Shown here piece after piece: positions 15,267 to 24,000 of a stretch of 24,000 bases of DNA. The notes under the pieces were generated by a model that worked only from the letters and a program-made list of their open reading frames with translations, did no database searches and was not told the DNA's origin. Origin of the DNA: Thermosphaera chiliense (GTDB lineage Archaea; Thermoproteota; Thermoprotei_A; Sulfolobales; Desulfurococcaceae); NCBI RefSeq assembly GCF_014962245.1, contig NZ_CP063144.1, positions 28,582 through 52,581 of the forward strand, given 5' to 3'. Numbering within the stretch: the stretch's first letter is position 1; every line of letters starts with the position of its first letter. The position numbers and the translations under genes were made by a program.

Positions 15267-16109
15267 TTATCCAGGCTTCTCGTAAAAAGGTATTCTACCA
15301 TCGTGATAATCCCTTATGATAGCTCTCGCGGCCTCCTCTATCAAGGGCTCCCGCGTGGTCTTGTAAAACCATCCTCTTTTAACAGCATAGTGTTCAAGAA
15401 TCCCCAGAGGATCCTGTGCTTCGATACCGTAGGTTTTAACGAATGCTTCCTTATCGTAGCCTAGTATCTTCTTTATGAGCTCGATCGCAGGGTTCACTGG
15501 GTCCGGGAGCTTCTCCGGCGGATACCCTCTTAAAACCCTCTCTAGATCCCCGCCCTCCACCGGTATTACACCGGGGGTGTCGATCATGTAGATGTCCTCG
15601 TCAATCCTGTAGAGCTGGAAGGTCCTAGTGTATCCTGGGCTCCCAGGGTAGGGGCTCGTAGGGGCTGAGTGGCGTCCTTTAAGGGCGTTGATTATTGAGG
15701 ACTTCCCTACCTTGGGATAGCCTGCCACCGCGACCGTTGCCGGGAATTCTCTCGCCAAGTGCTTGATTGTTCGGCGAAGCCTTAGAGTACCCATGTGCCT
15801 GGCAGCGGCAATGTAGACTGCGTGGTAGCCCCTGGCTTTGAAAAACTCCTTCCACTCATCAGCAACATCCCTGGGAACCAGGTCGCTCTTGTTGAGAACG
15901 AGAAGCAGTTGCTTGCCGTGCCTAGCAGTCATTGCCTCAAGCCTTTTGCTGAAAGTCTCCAGCGGCGTCCTAGCATCCAGGACCATTAACACAATGTCTG
16001 CTTTAGAAACCATCCTCTCCAGCTCGCTCCACGAGGCTAGTTTAAAAACCGTCGCTATCACCCCCGTATTTCTCAAACCTTTCCAAGGCTTCCACAGGGA
16101 TCTGCTCAA
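15267..16109 (-). CDS. Circularly permuted YlqF/RbgA (YawG)-family ribosome-biogenesis GTPase
   Basis: The G-motif order is permuted: G4 LNKSD, then G1 GYPKVGKSS, then G3 DTPG. The start is uncertain. The listed ATG at 16109 overlaps the upstream gene by 68 nt, and an alternative ATG at 16013 avoids the overlap. Confidence 0.8.
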   Translation of the reverse strand: MSRSLWKPWKGLRNTGVIATVFKLASWSELERMVSKADIVLMVLDARTPLETFSKRLEAMTARHGKQLLLVLNKSDLVPRDVADEWKEFFKARGYHAVYIAAARHMGTLRLRRTIKHLAREFPATVAVAGYPKVGKSSIINALKGRHSAPTSPYPGSPGYTRTFQLYRIDEDIYMIDTPGVIPVEGGDLERVLRGYPPEKLPDPVNPAIELIKKILGYDKEAFVKTYGIEAQDPLGILEHYAVKRGWFYKTTREPLIEEAARAIIRDYHDGRIPFYEKPG

Positions 16110-16641
16110 GCCAGTTGATCCTTAAGCCCGGCTCAAACCCGGCCTCCCCTCTTACCACCGCAAGGGCTTCACCAAGCACTACATCAATACTCTTCCCGGA
16201 AACATCCAGCTCGTAAATCTTATTCTCCCCGAAGGCTTCCAAGGCATTCACCGAGACCGTTCCAAGTATCTCAGCCATAACATTCTCATTAACCTTCTCC
16301 CTCCCCCACCCTCTATCCAGTAGCCTCTTCTCGAGCTCGAGAGGATTGAGCCTTAGAACAACAACCTTGTCCACGATGCCGGGGTCGATGATCTCTGGGT
16401 AGTGGGTATCTATGATGACGTAGCCATCCCTGTTCTCAACAATTCTTTTAATCCTTGAGGCAACGGCTTCCTCATCGATCACGTATGTTTTCCTTGAAGC
16501 ATCATACTCCAGGATGAGCCCGTTATCGATGGCGAACCTTGACAGGTCAATAGCCTCCGTGCCTAAGACTCTTGCAAGCTCCCTGGCCAAGCTCGACTTG
16601 CCCGTTCCCGGCACGCCTGCTATAATAATGGCTTTCCCCAT
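16042..16641 (-). CDS. Fap7/AK6-like adenylate kinase / NTPase (small-subunit rRNA maturation factor)
   Basis: It has the P-loop IIIAGVPGTGKSS at the N-terminus, VIIDTHY, VVVLRLNPLELEKRLLDRGW and ENVMAEIL (the Fap7 pattern VLR..P..L..RL..RG ... EN..AE). Confidence 0.75.
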   Translation of the reverse strand: MGKAIIIAGVPGTGKSSLARELARVLGTEAIDLSRFAIDNGLILEYDASRKTYVIDEEAVASRIKRIVENRDGYVIIDTHYPEIIDPGIVDKVVVLRLNPLELEKRLLDRGWGREKVNENVMAEILGTVSVNALEAFGENKIYELDVSGKSIDVVLGEALAVVRGEAGFEPGLRINWLEQIPVEALERFEKYGGDSDGF

Positions 16642-16747
16642 GGTTTAACACTTGAATAAGGAATTTGTAAAACCCTTATTTATCCTCCAGGAGCATCCCG
16701 GATACGTTTTTAATTCCCCTGTGCTATAACATGTTTATAGACTGCTG

Positions 16748-18442
16748 GTGAATGGTTTGACCCAGACAACGTTGAAGAGGCCTGGTGAGATATCTTACTC
16801 CTTGCCTAAGGTTAGGCAGGGGGAAGAGGTCTTATCCCTCACGTTAAGCGTGTGCCCATACTGCTACAGGGAGCTGGCAAGCATTATTGTTGAGAGAGAG
16901 GGAAAGGTTTACATTAGGAGGGTTTGCCCGGAGCACGGGGAGATAGAGGAGCTCTACTACGGTGATGTAGCCTTCTATAAGAAGGTGACAAGCTGGTATG
17001 AAGAAGGCCGCGGGGCACGCCACGTGTACACTCCTGTATCAACCCTCTGCCCCTTTAACTGCGGACTCTGCCCAATGCATAAGAACCACACCGCGTTGAT
17101 AAACATGGTTATAACCAATAGGTGTAACCTAAGTTGCTGGTACTGCTTCTTCTACGCTGAAGCCGCCGGATACGTTTACGAGCCAAGCCTTGAACAGATA
17201 AGGGACATGGTGAGAAGCATTAAGAAGCAGGGGGTAACGGTTGCGATACAGCTAACGGGCGGAGAGCCCCTGCTAAGGGATGACCTAATAGACATTGTCA
17301 AGCTCCTGAGGGATGAAGGGGTTAAACACATCCAGTTGAACACCAACGGGATAAAATTCGCAGAGCTATATCTCGAGGATCCTGCTAAAGCAGTGGAGTA
17401 CGCTAGGGCTCTCAGAAGCAACGGTGTCAACACAGTCTACCTCAGCTTCGACGGCGTGTCACCAGTGGTCAACTGGAAAAACCACTGGGAGGTACCATAT
17501 ATTTTCGAGACTTTCAGGAAGGCCGGGATGACCAGCGTCGTCCTGGTGCCCACTGTTATAAAGGGCGTGAACACTCACGAGCTGGGAGCTATACTAAAGT
17601 TCGCGGGGAGAAACATGGATGTTGTCAGAGCAGTGAACTTCCAGCCGGTAAGCCTTACAGGCTACATGAAGAAGCATGAAAGAGAGAAATACCGTATCAC
17701 AATACCCGACGTTGTCAAGCTCGTGGAGGAGCAGACAAACGGGGAGATCCACTCCAACGCCTGGTTCCCGGTCAACGTTAGCGCAATATTCTCAAGGTTC
17801 GTGGAAGGCTTCAGCGGCGAGTTCAAGTTTGAGATGAGCAACCACCCGATATGTGGTGTTGGAACATACGTTTACGTTGAAAGAAGCAACGGCAACGTCA
17901 AGTTCACCCCTATAACGGACTTCGTCGATATTGAAGGACTCCTCGAGTACTTGAAGGATAAGTGGGAGGACCTGGTTACAGGCTCTAGCAGGTTGACAAC
18001 AGGCCTACGCCTCCTCTACAGTATAAGAAAGTTTATCAACCAGGAGAAAGCTCCCGAGGGCTTCGACCTCTACAAGCTACTGTTTAACATTATTGTTAAA
18101 AGAAGCTATGAAGCCCTGGGAGAGCTACACTATAAGCTGTTGTTCATAGGGCAGATGCACTTCATGGACCTGTACAACTACGATATTCAAAGAGTTCAGA
18201 GGTGCAACATACACTACTCAGTACCTGATGGCAGGCTGATACCGTTCTGCGCGTTCAACATCTTTGACGACATCTACAGGGATAAGATACAGAGGGAGTA
18301 CAGCATCCCGGCGGAGGAGTACTCGGCTAAGTACAGCCTGCCCAAGGGGTATTTGACGAGAAAGTATGTGAGAGATAGGAGAAGGCTTGAATCCTCAGAG
18401 CTCTACAAGATTACTTATGAAGGATTGCTGGAGAAAAAATAA
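16748..18442 (+). CDS. Radical SAM enzyme of the Tes / GDGT-MAS (MJ0619-like) family, probable tetraether lipid synthase
   Basis: It has the radical SAM motif CNLSCWYC, preceded by a second Cys cluster CPFNCGLCPMH and an N-terminal rubredoxin-like CPYC...CPEHG knuckle, with a long C-terminal domain (564 aa). The start is GTG. The family assignment comes from remembered architecture, not from a search. Confidence 0.6.
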   Translation: MNGLTQTTLKRPGEISYSLPKVRQGEEVLSLTLSVCPYCYRELASIIVEREGKVYIRRVCPEHGEIEELYYGDVAFYKKVTSWYEEGRGARHVYTPVSTLCPFNCGLCPMHKNHTALINMVITNRCNLSCWYCFFYAEAAGYVYEPSLEQIRDMVRSIKKQGVTVAIQLTGGEPLLRDDLIDIVKLLRDEGVKHIQLNTNGIKFAELYLEDPAKAVEYARALRSNGVNTVYLSFDGVSPVVNWKNHWEVPYIFETFRKAGMTSVVLVPTVIKGVNTHELGAILKFAGRNMDVVRAVNFQPVSLTGYMKKHEREKYRITIPDVVKLVEEQTNGEIHSNAWFPVNVSAIFSRFVEGFSGEFKFEMSNHPICGVGTYVYVERSNGNVKFTPITDFVDIEGLLEYLKDKWEDLVTGSSRLTTGLRLLYSIRKFINQEKAPEGFDLYKLLFNIIVKRSYEALGELHYKLLFIGQMHFMDLYNYDIQRVQRCNIHYSVPDGRLIPFCAFNIFDDIYRDKIQREYSIPAEEYSAKYSLPKGYLTRKYVRDRRRLESSELYKITYEGLLEKK

Positions 18443-18469
18443 TGCTATAGGGTTTTAGAAGAGAAAAAC

Positions 18470-19906
18470 CTACTTTTTAGCCTCCCCGGTCTCCACTGTA
18501 TGCCTTGAGTAGAAGTCCTTGATCAGTCTCAATGCTAGAGGCGTGAAGTATGCTACAGCTATTAGGTTGGGGATAGCCATCAAGCCGTTAGCCATGTCTG
18601 AGAAGGTCCAGAATGTTTCAAAGTATGCTCCGTACACGGCGGCAGGTATAATGGGTATTATCCAAATTATTCTCCAGATAAACCTCATCGGTTTCTCAGG
18701 AAGCCTCAGCGTCCTAACCCAGAAGTAGGTCCAGTTAATCTCTCCATACCACTCCCACGACAGCAGTGTTGTGTAGGCGAACAATGCAAGGGCTACTCCG
18801 AGAATGATGGGGGCGTATGTACCGTACGCCCTGTAGAAGGTCTCCATGGCGAGAGCCGCACCGCTCAGGTCGGGTCTGTCGATGTATGTTCTCGCAACAA
18901 TGTTTGCAATACCCGTGATCGAGCAGATAACAATCGTGTCCATAAACACCTCGAAGACGCCGTAGAAGGCGGCCCTGCCAGGATGGTCTACTGTCATGAA
19001 GGCGTAGGCGTTGGGAGCGCTTCCCATGCCTGCCTCGTTAGAGAACAACCCTCTCGCGAAACCGTACCTGATAGCGCTGTAGACAACCCATCCCGACAAG
19101 CCGCCTGCAGCGGCCTGTGGTGTGAAAGCGTATGTGAAGATCTCCGAGATGCCTGCGAGGAAGTTGCCGCCGAACTTTATCCAGACGCCGATTCCGAATA
19201 TTATGTACCATGCCGCCATGAACGGGATCATGTAGTTAGCTACTTCTGCAATCCTCTTCAGACCGCCGATGACGACGAGGGCTGTGAAGAACATTATCAG
19301 TATGCCAACTATCAGCCTTAACTGGAAGATCTGCTCCTCGGTTTCAGCCCCGAATAGTTTACCAATGTACTCAGCTCCGAGCGCGACATTGTTAGCCTGA
19401 ACCATGTTGCCAATGCCGAATGCCGCTATGAAAGTGAAGATTGAGAATAACACTGCGAGAGCCGGCCCAATCACCGGGACCAGCCTGATGTAGTATGGTG
19501 TGCCACCCTCAATCCTTCCCTCCGGGGTAACCCTCCTGGACCACACGCCCAGGGTTGCCTCAACACCCTTCAAACCCATTCCAAGTATTGCGCAGACCCA
19601 CATCCAGAATAGGGCTCCAGCACCTCCAAGGTGTAGAGCGGTTGACACACCTGCGATGTTTCCGACACCGACGGTAGCGCCCATGACTGTGGCCCAGATG
19701 GCGAAAGGCTTAACCTCACCCCTGCCTCCTGTACCCTTATACAGCATTGTTTTAACCGCCGTGCCAAACTTTCTTATCTGGTAGAATCCTCCTAGTATTC
19801 CAACGGCTAGTCCTGTTCCAGCCAGGATGATTATGGCAGGTAGACCCCACACGAGGCCATCGATATAATCTATTAATTCGACGATATCCAAATCCTTCAC
19901 CCACAA
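18470..19906 (-). CDS. Alanine/glycine:cation (sodium) symporter, AGCS family
   Basis: The signature ATVGVGNIAGVSTALHLGGAGALFWMW is present, with about 11 TM helices over 478 aa. Confidence 0.85.
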   Translation of the reverse strand: MWVKDLDIVELIDYIDGLVWGLPAIIILAGTGLAVGILGGFYQIRKFGTAVKTMLYKGTGGRGEVKPFAIWATVMGATVGVGNIAGVSTALHLGGAGALFWMWVCAILGMGLKGVEATLGVWSRRVTPEGRIEGGTPYYIRLVPVIGPALAVLFSIFTFIAAFGIGNMVQANNVALGAEYIGKLFGAETEEQIFQLRLIVGILIMFFTALVVIGGLKRIAEVANYMIPFMAAWYIIFGIGVWIKFGGNFLAGISEIFTYAFTPQAAAGGLSGWVVYSAIRYGFARGLFSNEAGMGSAPNAYAFMTVDHPGRAAFYGVFEVFMDTIVICSITGIANIVARTYIDRPDLSGAALAMETFYRAYGTYAPIILGVALALFAYTTLLSWEWYGEINWTYFWVRTLRLPEKPMRFIWRIIWIIPIIPAAVYGAYFETFWTFSDMANGLMAIPNLIAVAYFTPLALRLIKDFYSRHTVETGEAKK

Positions 19907-20029
19907 ATACTAGTATTTTATCGTATAAAGTATAAATACTTTTACTGTATGAGTTATAGTTTCCCACGCTAGAGGGTTCTGTTAAGGTTTAAATATGAGT
20001 GGGGATAAACATATTATTATGGTGGTCTA

Positions 20030-20290
20030 ATGGTTGAGTTTGAAGTAACTCCTCGGCAAAAGGACACGTCGATAATCGTGTGGATACTATCCCTTATAAT
20101 CCTAGGAGGATTGATGCTGTCGCTAGGCTTTTCCACAAACATCAAGGACGTCGTGGGAGAGGACCCATACTTAGGCTACAGGTATGTTGCCCACTTAATC
20201 GTGGTTGCAGTAGTATTGATCATCGGAATAGTAGGCTGGTTGTCTGGCAGACGAACTGTTGAGAAAACCGGGATTTTCAAATTCGAGTAA
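20030..20290 (+). CDS. Hypothetical small membrane protein (2 TM helices)
   Basis: An 86-aa ORF with two clear hydrophobic helices (IIVWILSLIILGGLMLSLGF; LIVVAVVLIIGIVGWL). A GGTGG box lies upstream of the ATG. I recognise no family. Confidence 0.45.
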   Translation: MVEFEVTPRQKDTSIIVWILSLIILGGLMLSLGFSTNIKDVVGEDPYLGYRYVAHLIVVAVVLIIGIVGWLSGRRTVEKTGIFKFE

Positions 20291-20401
20291 CCCTTTTCCT
20301 CAGCAGAGGAATTCTTTTTCCGGGTTCTCATAAAATCCCAAAGACGGTTTTGATCACAAGCAATATTAACCATTACACCCATAGTTATATTTTGTGATCT
20401 T

Positions 20402-21784
20402 ATGAGCATAAACCCGTCCATTCCTACCAGTAAGAAAATAGATAAGAGCCTCCCCATCGTGGAGAAGTATAAAAAGTATATGTCGCAGAGCCAAGCATTC
20501 AAGTACTTCCCAATCGTAATCGCTAAAGCCAAGAACGCCAGGATATGGGATCTTGACGGGAACGAGTACATAGATTTCCTCGCAAGCGCGGCATCATACA
20601 ACATCGGGCACTCCAACGATGCCGTGGTCAAAGCTGTTAAGCAACACTTGGACAAGTTCATCCATTACTGTCTCTACCTCTACCACGAGCCCGTGGCAGA
20701 GCTTTCAGAAATCCTTGTGAAGATTACACCAGGGGATTATGAGAAAAAGGTTGTAATAGGGTTGAGCGGCGGCGACGCCAACGACACAGCTTTGAAAGCT
20801 GCTCTCGCATACACTAGAAGGCCGAGGATAGCATCTTTCACATACTCATACCACGGAACCACTGCCCTAGACATTGCCGTCGGCGGCTCCTTCGACCCCG
20901 ATCTAAGGAGCACCATACCCTTCCACAACGTATTCTTCCTAGAGTTCCCAGATACCTACAGGTGCGTTAACAACATCGAGGACCCGGTTCAGTGCGGTGA
21001 GGAGTATTTAAGCATGATCGACACCTTCTTCAAGAAGAAGTATGCTGGGGAATCCTTCGCGGCAATGATAATAGAGCCGGTTCAGGGCGATGGCGGCGTG
21101 CTAGTGCCTCCTGAAAACTTCATGAGAGGGGTTAGGAAGATAACCCAGGAATACGGGATGGTTTTAATAGATGATGAAGTCCAAACCGGGATGGGAAGAA
21201 CTGGCAAACTCTTCGCAATAGAACACTTCAACATAACCCCCGATGTAATAGTGCTGGGTAAGGCGCTGGGCGGCGGGATGCCCGTGTCGGCAGTGGTTGG
21301 TAGAAGGGAGATAGTGGAGTCGGCTCCTCCGCAATCCTTTTTCGCAACATCAGCCGCGCATGCTTCATCCGTGGCTGGCGCGATAGCGGCTGTGAAGTAT
21401 GTGTTGGAGAACAAGCTGGATGAGGTAGCGGCTGAGAAGGGAAGATATCTTGCGAAAAGGCTTGGGGAGCTGAAGGAGAAGTATGAAGTAGTCGGCGATG
21501 TAAGAGGCCTAGGCCTAATGCTCGGAGTTGACATAGTAAGGGATAAGAAGTCGAAGCAGCCTGATAGAACACTAGCGTTGAAAATAATATGGAGAGCGTG
21601 GGAGAAAGGATTGATAATGATGACCTACGGCAAATACGGCAACGTGCTAAGGATTGCTCCCCCGTTGACAATACCTTACGAGGACATGGACCGGGCTGTT
21701 AACATTATAGATGAATCGATAAAAGACGCCGTAGAGGGCAGGGTGCCCGACAACGTTGTAGACTACATGGCTGCCTGGAAGTAA
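20402..21784 (+). CDS. Class-III pyridoxal-phosphate-dependent aminotransferase (GABA/ornithine/omega-amino acid type)
   Basis: GLSGGDANDTALK, IIEPVQGDGG, LIDDEVQTGMGRTGKLFA and the PLP-lysine context VLGKALGGGMP are present. Confidence 0.85.
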   Translation: MSINPSIPTSKKIDKSLPIVEKYKKYMSQSQAFKYFPIVIAKAKNARIWDLDGNEYIDFLASAASYNIGHSNDAVVKAVKQHLDKFIHYCLYLYHEPVAELSEILVKITPGDYEKKVVIGLSGGDANDTALKAALAYTRRPRIASFTYSYHGTTALDIAVGGSFDPDLRSTIPFHNVFFLEFPDTYRCVNNIEDPVQCGEEYLSMIDTFFKKKYAGESFAAMIIEPVQGDGGVLVPPENFMRGVRKITQEYGMVLIDDEVQTGMGRTGKLFAIEHFNITPDVIVLGKALGGGMPVSAVVGRREIVESAPPQSFFATSAAHASSVAGAIAAVKYVLENKLDEVAAEKGRYLAKRLGELKEKYEVVGDVRGLGLMLGVDIVRDKKSKQPDRTLALKIIWRAWEKGLIMMTYGKYGNVLRIAPPLTIPYEDMDRAVNIIDESIKDAVEGRVPDNVVDYMAAWK

Positions 21785-21803
21785 AGGCTTTTTTAAAAAA
21801 TAG

Positions 21804-21898
21804 TAGCCGGGCGGGGATTCGAACCCCGGTCACGGGGGCACTCCCCCTCGGCCCAAGGGACCAGAGCCCCGCATCCTTGGCCGCTAGACGACCCGGCT
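21804..21898 (-). tRNA. tRNA-Gln (anticodon CUG) with a 22-nt intron at the canonical 37/38 position
   Basis: On the minus strand the acceptor is AGCCGGG/CCCGGCU, the D-arm is GUCUAGCGGCCAAGGAU, the anticodon stem is CGGGG/CCCCG with loop CU-CUG-G, and the T-arm is CGGGG-UUCGAAU-CCCCG with discriminator A. The intron UCCCUUGGGCCGAGGGGGAGUG folds into a bulge-helix-bulge: a 4-bp helix CUCU:GGAG flanked by the 3-nt bulges GG|U and UG|C. No CCA is encoded. Confidence 0.85.
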
Positions 21899-22017
21899 GT
21901 CAATTATGAAATAATCCTGTAGAGCTTTTTAATCTTTAAGTTTCGGTCAACGCGGGGAACACTTGGTTAGAGCGGTATGTTTTAAAAGCCTATTCGGATT
22001 AATCAATAATAGCCTGG

Positions 22018-22091
22018 GGGCCCGTAGCTCAGCATGGTAGAGCGGCGGGCTTTTAACCCGTAGGTCCCGGGTTCAAATCCCGGCGGGCCCG
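22018..22091 (+). tRNA. tRNA-Lys (anticodon UUU)
   Basis: The acceptor is GGGCCCG/CGGGCCC, the D-arm is GCUC-AGCAUGGUA-GAGC, the anticodon stem is GCGGG/CCCGU with loop CU-UUU-AA, the variable loop is AGGUC and the T-arm is CCGGG-UUCAAAU-CCCGG. A TTTTAAAAG box lies about 30 nt upstream. No CCA is encoded. Confidence 0.92.
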
Positions 22092-22110
22092 CATAACCCT
22101 ATTTTTAAAA

Positions 22111-23973
22111 TCACGCACGGTCAAGCCTGAACGGGCTTATCAACTCTCCAAACCTGTCCCTTGCACTGGTAAGCCGCTGCTTCTCCTCTCTCAAAATGCT
22201 GAAGAATAGCGGGGGGGTATCAGGTATTTCAGCATAAATCATCCATATCCTCTCAATCTTATCCAAGAGCTGCTTCACCCTGATCGTGAACAGCTTCTCG
22301 TAAAGACTCTCAGGGAACTCCTTGCCCAGCTCCTCGTTGAACAAGACCACGAGATCACTGTATATCGGTATGTAGCCTGTCGGTGTCTCCACAGCCTCGA
22401 CCTCGCCGTGAACCCTTTTCTCCATCCACCGCAGCCAAACCCTCTTGTCAACCTTCTCAGTCAGGAACCTGCCATCCTCTCCTCTTAGGAAGTAGTTGAC
22501 CCCGTAAACCCTGGGTGTTGATGAAAGCTCTTCTGCAAACCGGAAGTGAAGGTCTACGAAAGCACCCGGGGAGATCGACAGGAAATCCAGGATTGCGAAC
22601 GGGTTAAACTCCCTCACCCCTGCTTGACCCAGCACTGCAGTAGTCCTCTCCGACTCCAGCGACGCTCCCTTAGTGACTATTCCATGGAACCAGTCAAGAG
22701 CTTCCTCAACCGGGACCCATGTGTCAGAATCCCTACCGCCGAAGATCATGCCTGAGACGGGAACGCCCATGGGGTCGTTAATCCTGGGGTCAACCCTGCT
22801 CAGGTAGAATATGCTTGTCGTAAACCTCGCGTTAGGGTGGGATGGCGGGATAAGGTTGCCGTTCTCATCCTTCTTGCCAGGCCACCACTTACCAGCGTAG
22901 TTCAACCCTGGCTTGGGATCGCCCTCCTTCCCGTTCCACCATATATCCCCGTCCTCGGTGAAGAGCACGTTAGCAAATATTACCTCACTATCCCCCGAGG
23001 TCAGTATCTTGTAAATCTCCGCATCGTCAACAGGGTTGACGCCGTCGATTATTCCAAACATTCCCACCTCAGGGTTGATAGCCTTTGCCACACCCTCAAC
23101 ATTCCTTATGATGGCTAGGTCATCGCCTACCACGAGATCGGCGATAAGCGCGGTTGAGGTTTTACCGCAACCAGCTGGAAAAGCCCCTGTGAAGTACGCT
23201 ACCCTGTCGCCGCTACCCTTCATACCAATTATGAACATGTGCTCGCAGAGCCATCCTTCCTTGAATCCTTTGTAAACGCAGAGCCTGAGGGAGAGCTTCT
23301 TCAACCCCACAGTGTTGCCAGCGTACTGTGTGTTAACACTGTAGGTTATCATCTCCTCGGGGTCGATGTAGATCCTTCTCTTAGAGATGTTCTTGCTCCA
23401 GCCATTCTCATCCCTCTCACCCGAGCTGTGAAGAAACCTCATGTACTCGATCCTATCGCTACGCGTGAACTCGTCGTAGCAAACCCTGTACAGAATGTTC
23501 TCGCTGTGAGCCACGTAGGCTGAGTCCGTTACCTGCACGCCATAGAGCGTGAAGGGTGAGCCTCTTGGACCGAAACAGTAGAAGCCTATGAACATTTCCT
23601 TGCCCTTCATTATGTCGCGGTAAATCTCCCATACCTCCCTCCTCAACTCCTCGCGCCATCCGCTGTTAACAAGGGGTATTTCAACCCCTTTCTCAGTCAT
23701 GATCTTCGTGTTACCCCTATCCCTTGCTAGATCCTTCACACCGTCGAAGTGGACGGTGTGGAGAGGGTTGTAGCTTGAAACATACTCCTCCCTGTTCTCA
23801 ACAGCTCTTCTACGAATATAGCTCAAATCCTCCTCTGAACCCGTGTTGATGAAGATTGATGATGGCTTCAAATGCTCGGCCACCTGCCTGATCCACTCGA
23901 TCAGGCCGCAATCCCTCACTCTCGCAAGCTTTTCAAGCTCCCGGCTACTCATGTATGGTTTCAAAGCATTCAA
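22111..23973 (-). CDS. pckG: Phosphoenolpyruvate carboxykinase (GTP)
   Basis: The kinase-1a P-loop FPAGCGKTSTAL is present (GTP-PEPCK FPSACGKTN type). The size of about 620 aa and motifs such as NPEVGMFGI and NARFT fit. The start is either ATG 23973 or the ATG 7 codons downstream. Confidence 0.88.
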   Translation of the reverse strand: MNALKPYMSSRELEKLARVRDCGLIEWIRQVAEHLKPSSIFINTGSEEDLSYIRRRAVENREEYVSSYNPLHTVHFDGVKDLARDRGNTKIMTEKGVEIPLVNSGWREELRREVWEIYRDIMKGKEMFIGFYCFGPRGSPFTLYGVQVTDSAYVAHSENILYRVCYDEFTRSDRIEYMRFLHSSGERDENGWSKNISKRRIYIDPEEMITYSVNTQYAGNTVGLKKLSLRLCVYKGFKEGWLCEHMFIIGMKGSGDRVAYFTGAFPAGCGKTSTALIADLVVGDDLAIIRNVEGVAKAINPEVGMFGIIDGVNPVDDAEIYKILTSGDSEVIFANVLFTEDGDIWWNGKEGDPKPGLNYAGKWWPGKKDENGNLIPPSHPNARFTTSIFYLSRVDPRINDPMGVPVSGMIFGGRDSDTWVPVEEALDWFHGIVTKGASLESERTTAVLGQAGVREFNPFAILDFLSISPGAFVDLHFRFAEELSSTPRVYGVNYFLRGEDGRFLTEKVDKRVWLRWMEKRVHGEVEAVETPTGYIPIYSDLVVLFNEELGKEFPESLYEKLFTIRVKQLLDKIERIWMIYAEIPDTPPLFFSILREEKQRLTSARDRFGELISPFRLDRA

Positions 23974-24000
23974 CGTCTCCGTGCAAGAACCCTGCGCCCC

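Noticed and set aside
21785-22110. The tRNA pair as an integration hotspot (attachment site for an integrated element)
   Set aside because: There is no partial tRNA duplicate and no integrase or foreign-looking genes on either side. The flanking genes (aminotransferase, pckG) are ordinary metabolic genes.

Overview
This window looks like a chromosomal segment from a thermophilic crenarchaeon (Thermoproteota). The evidence is the archaea-specific genes (Pus10, eL21, Rpo4/RpoF, DUF655, Fap7, GTP-type PEPCK, a Tes-like radical SAM enzyme), a tRNA with a canonical bulge-helix-bulge intron, all-GC tRNA stems, and TATA-like AT-rich boxes in short intergenic gaps. Positions 1-9600 hold a dense housekeeping block for translation and RNA modification (pus10, rpl21e, rpoF, DUF655, ksgA, an Mtq2/HemK-like methyltransferase, a TrmJ-like SpoU methyltransferase). 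That block also carries pyrH, glmS, a ZIP transporter, a saccharopine-dehydrogenase-like gene and a TrmO-like gene. An unusually long non-coding gap of about 770 bp follows (9936-10701), with a GC-rich core, a 50-nt tandem duplication and several palindromes. The most interesting part is 10700-16650. It carries a DUF2148-like protein, an ArsB/NhaD-type permease and a full-length heliorhodopsin with all key retinal-pocket residues. Directly after it come three small beta-grasp proteins ending in Gly-Gly, packed around one MoeB/ThiF/UbaA-type E1-like enzyme. Those genes run on into a circularly permuted GTPase and a Fap7-like kinase. The remainder encodes a Tes/GDGT-MAS-like radical SAM enzyme, an alanine/glycine:cation symporter, a small membrane protein, a class-III aminotransferase, tRNA-Gln(CUG, with intron), tRNA-Lys(UUU) and GTP-dependent PEP carboxykinase. 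No CRISPR array, transposase or recognisable defence system was seen. All family assignments rest on motifs I recognise by eye, because no database search could be run.
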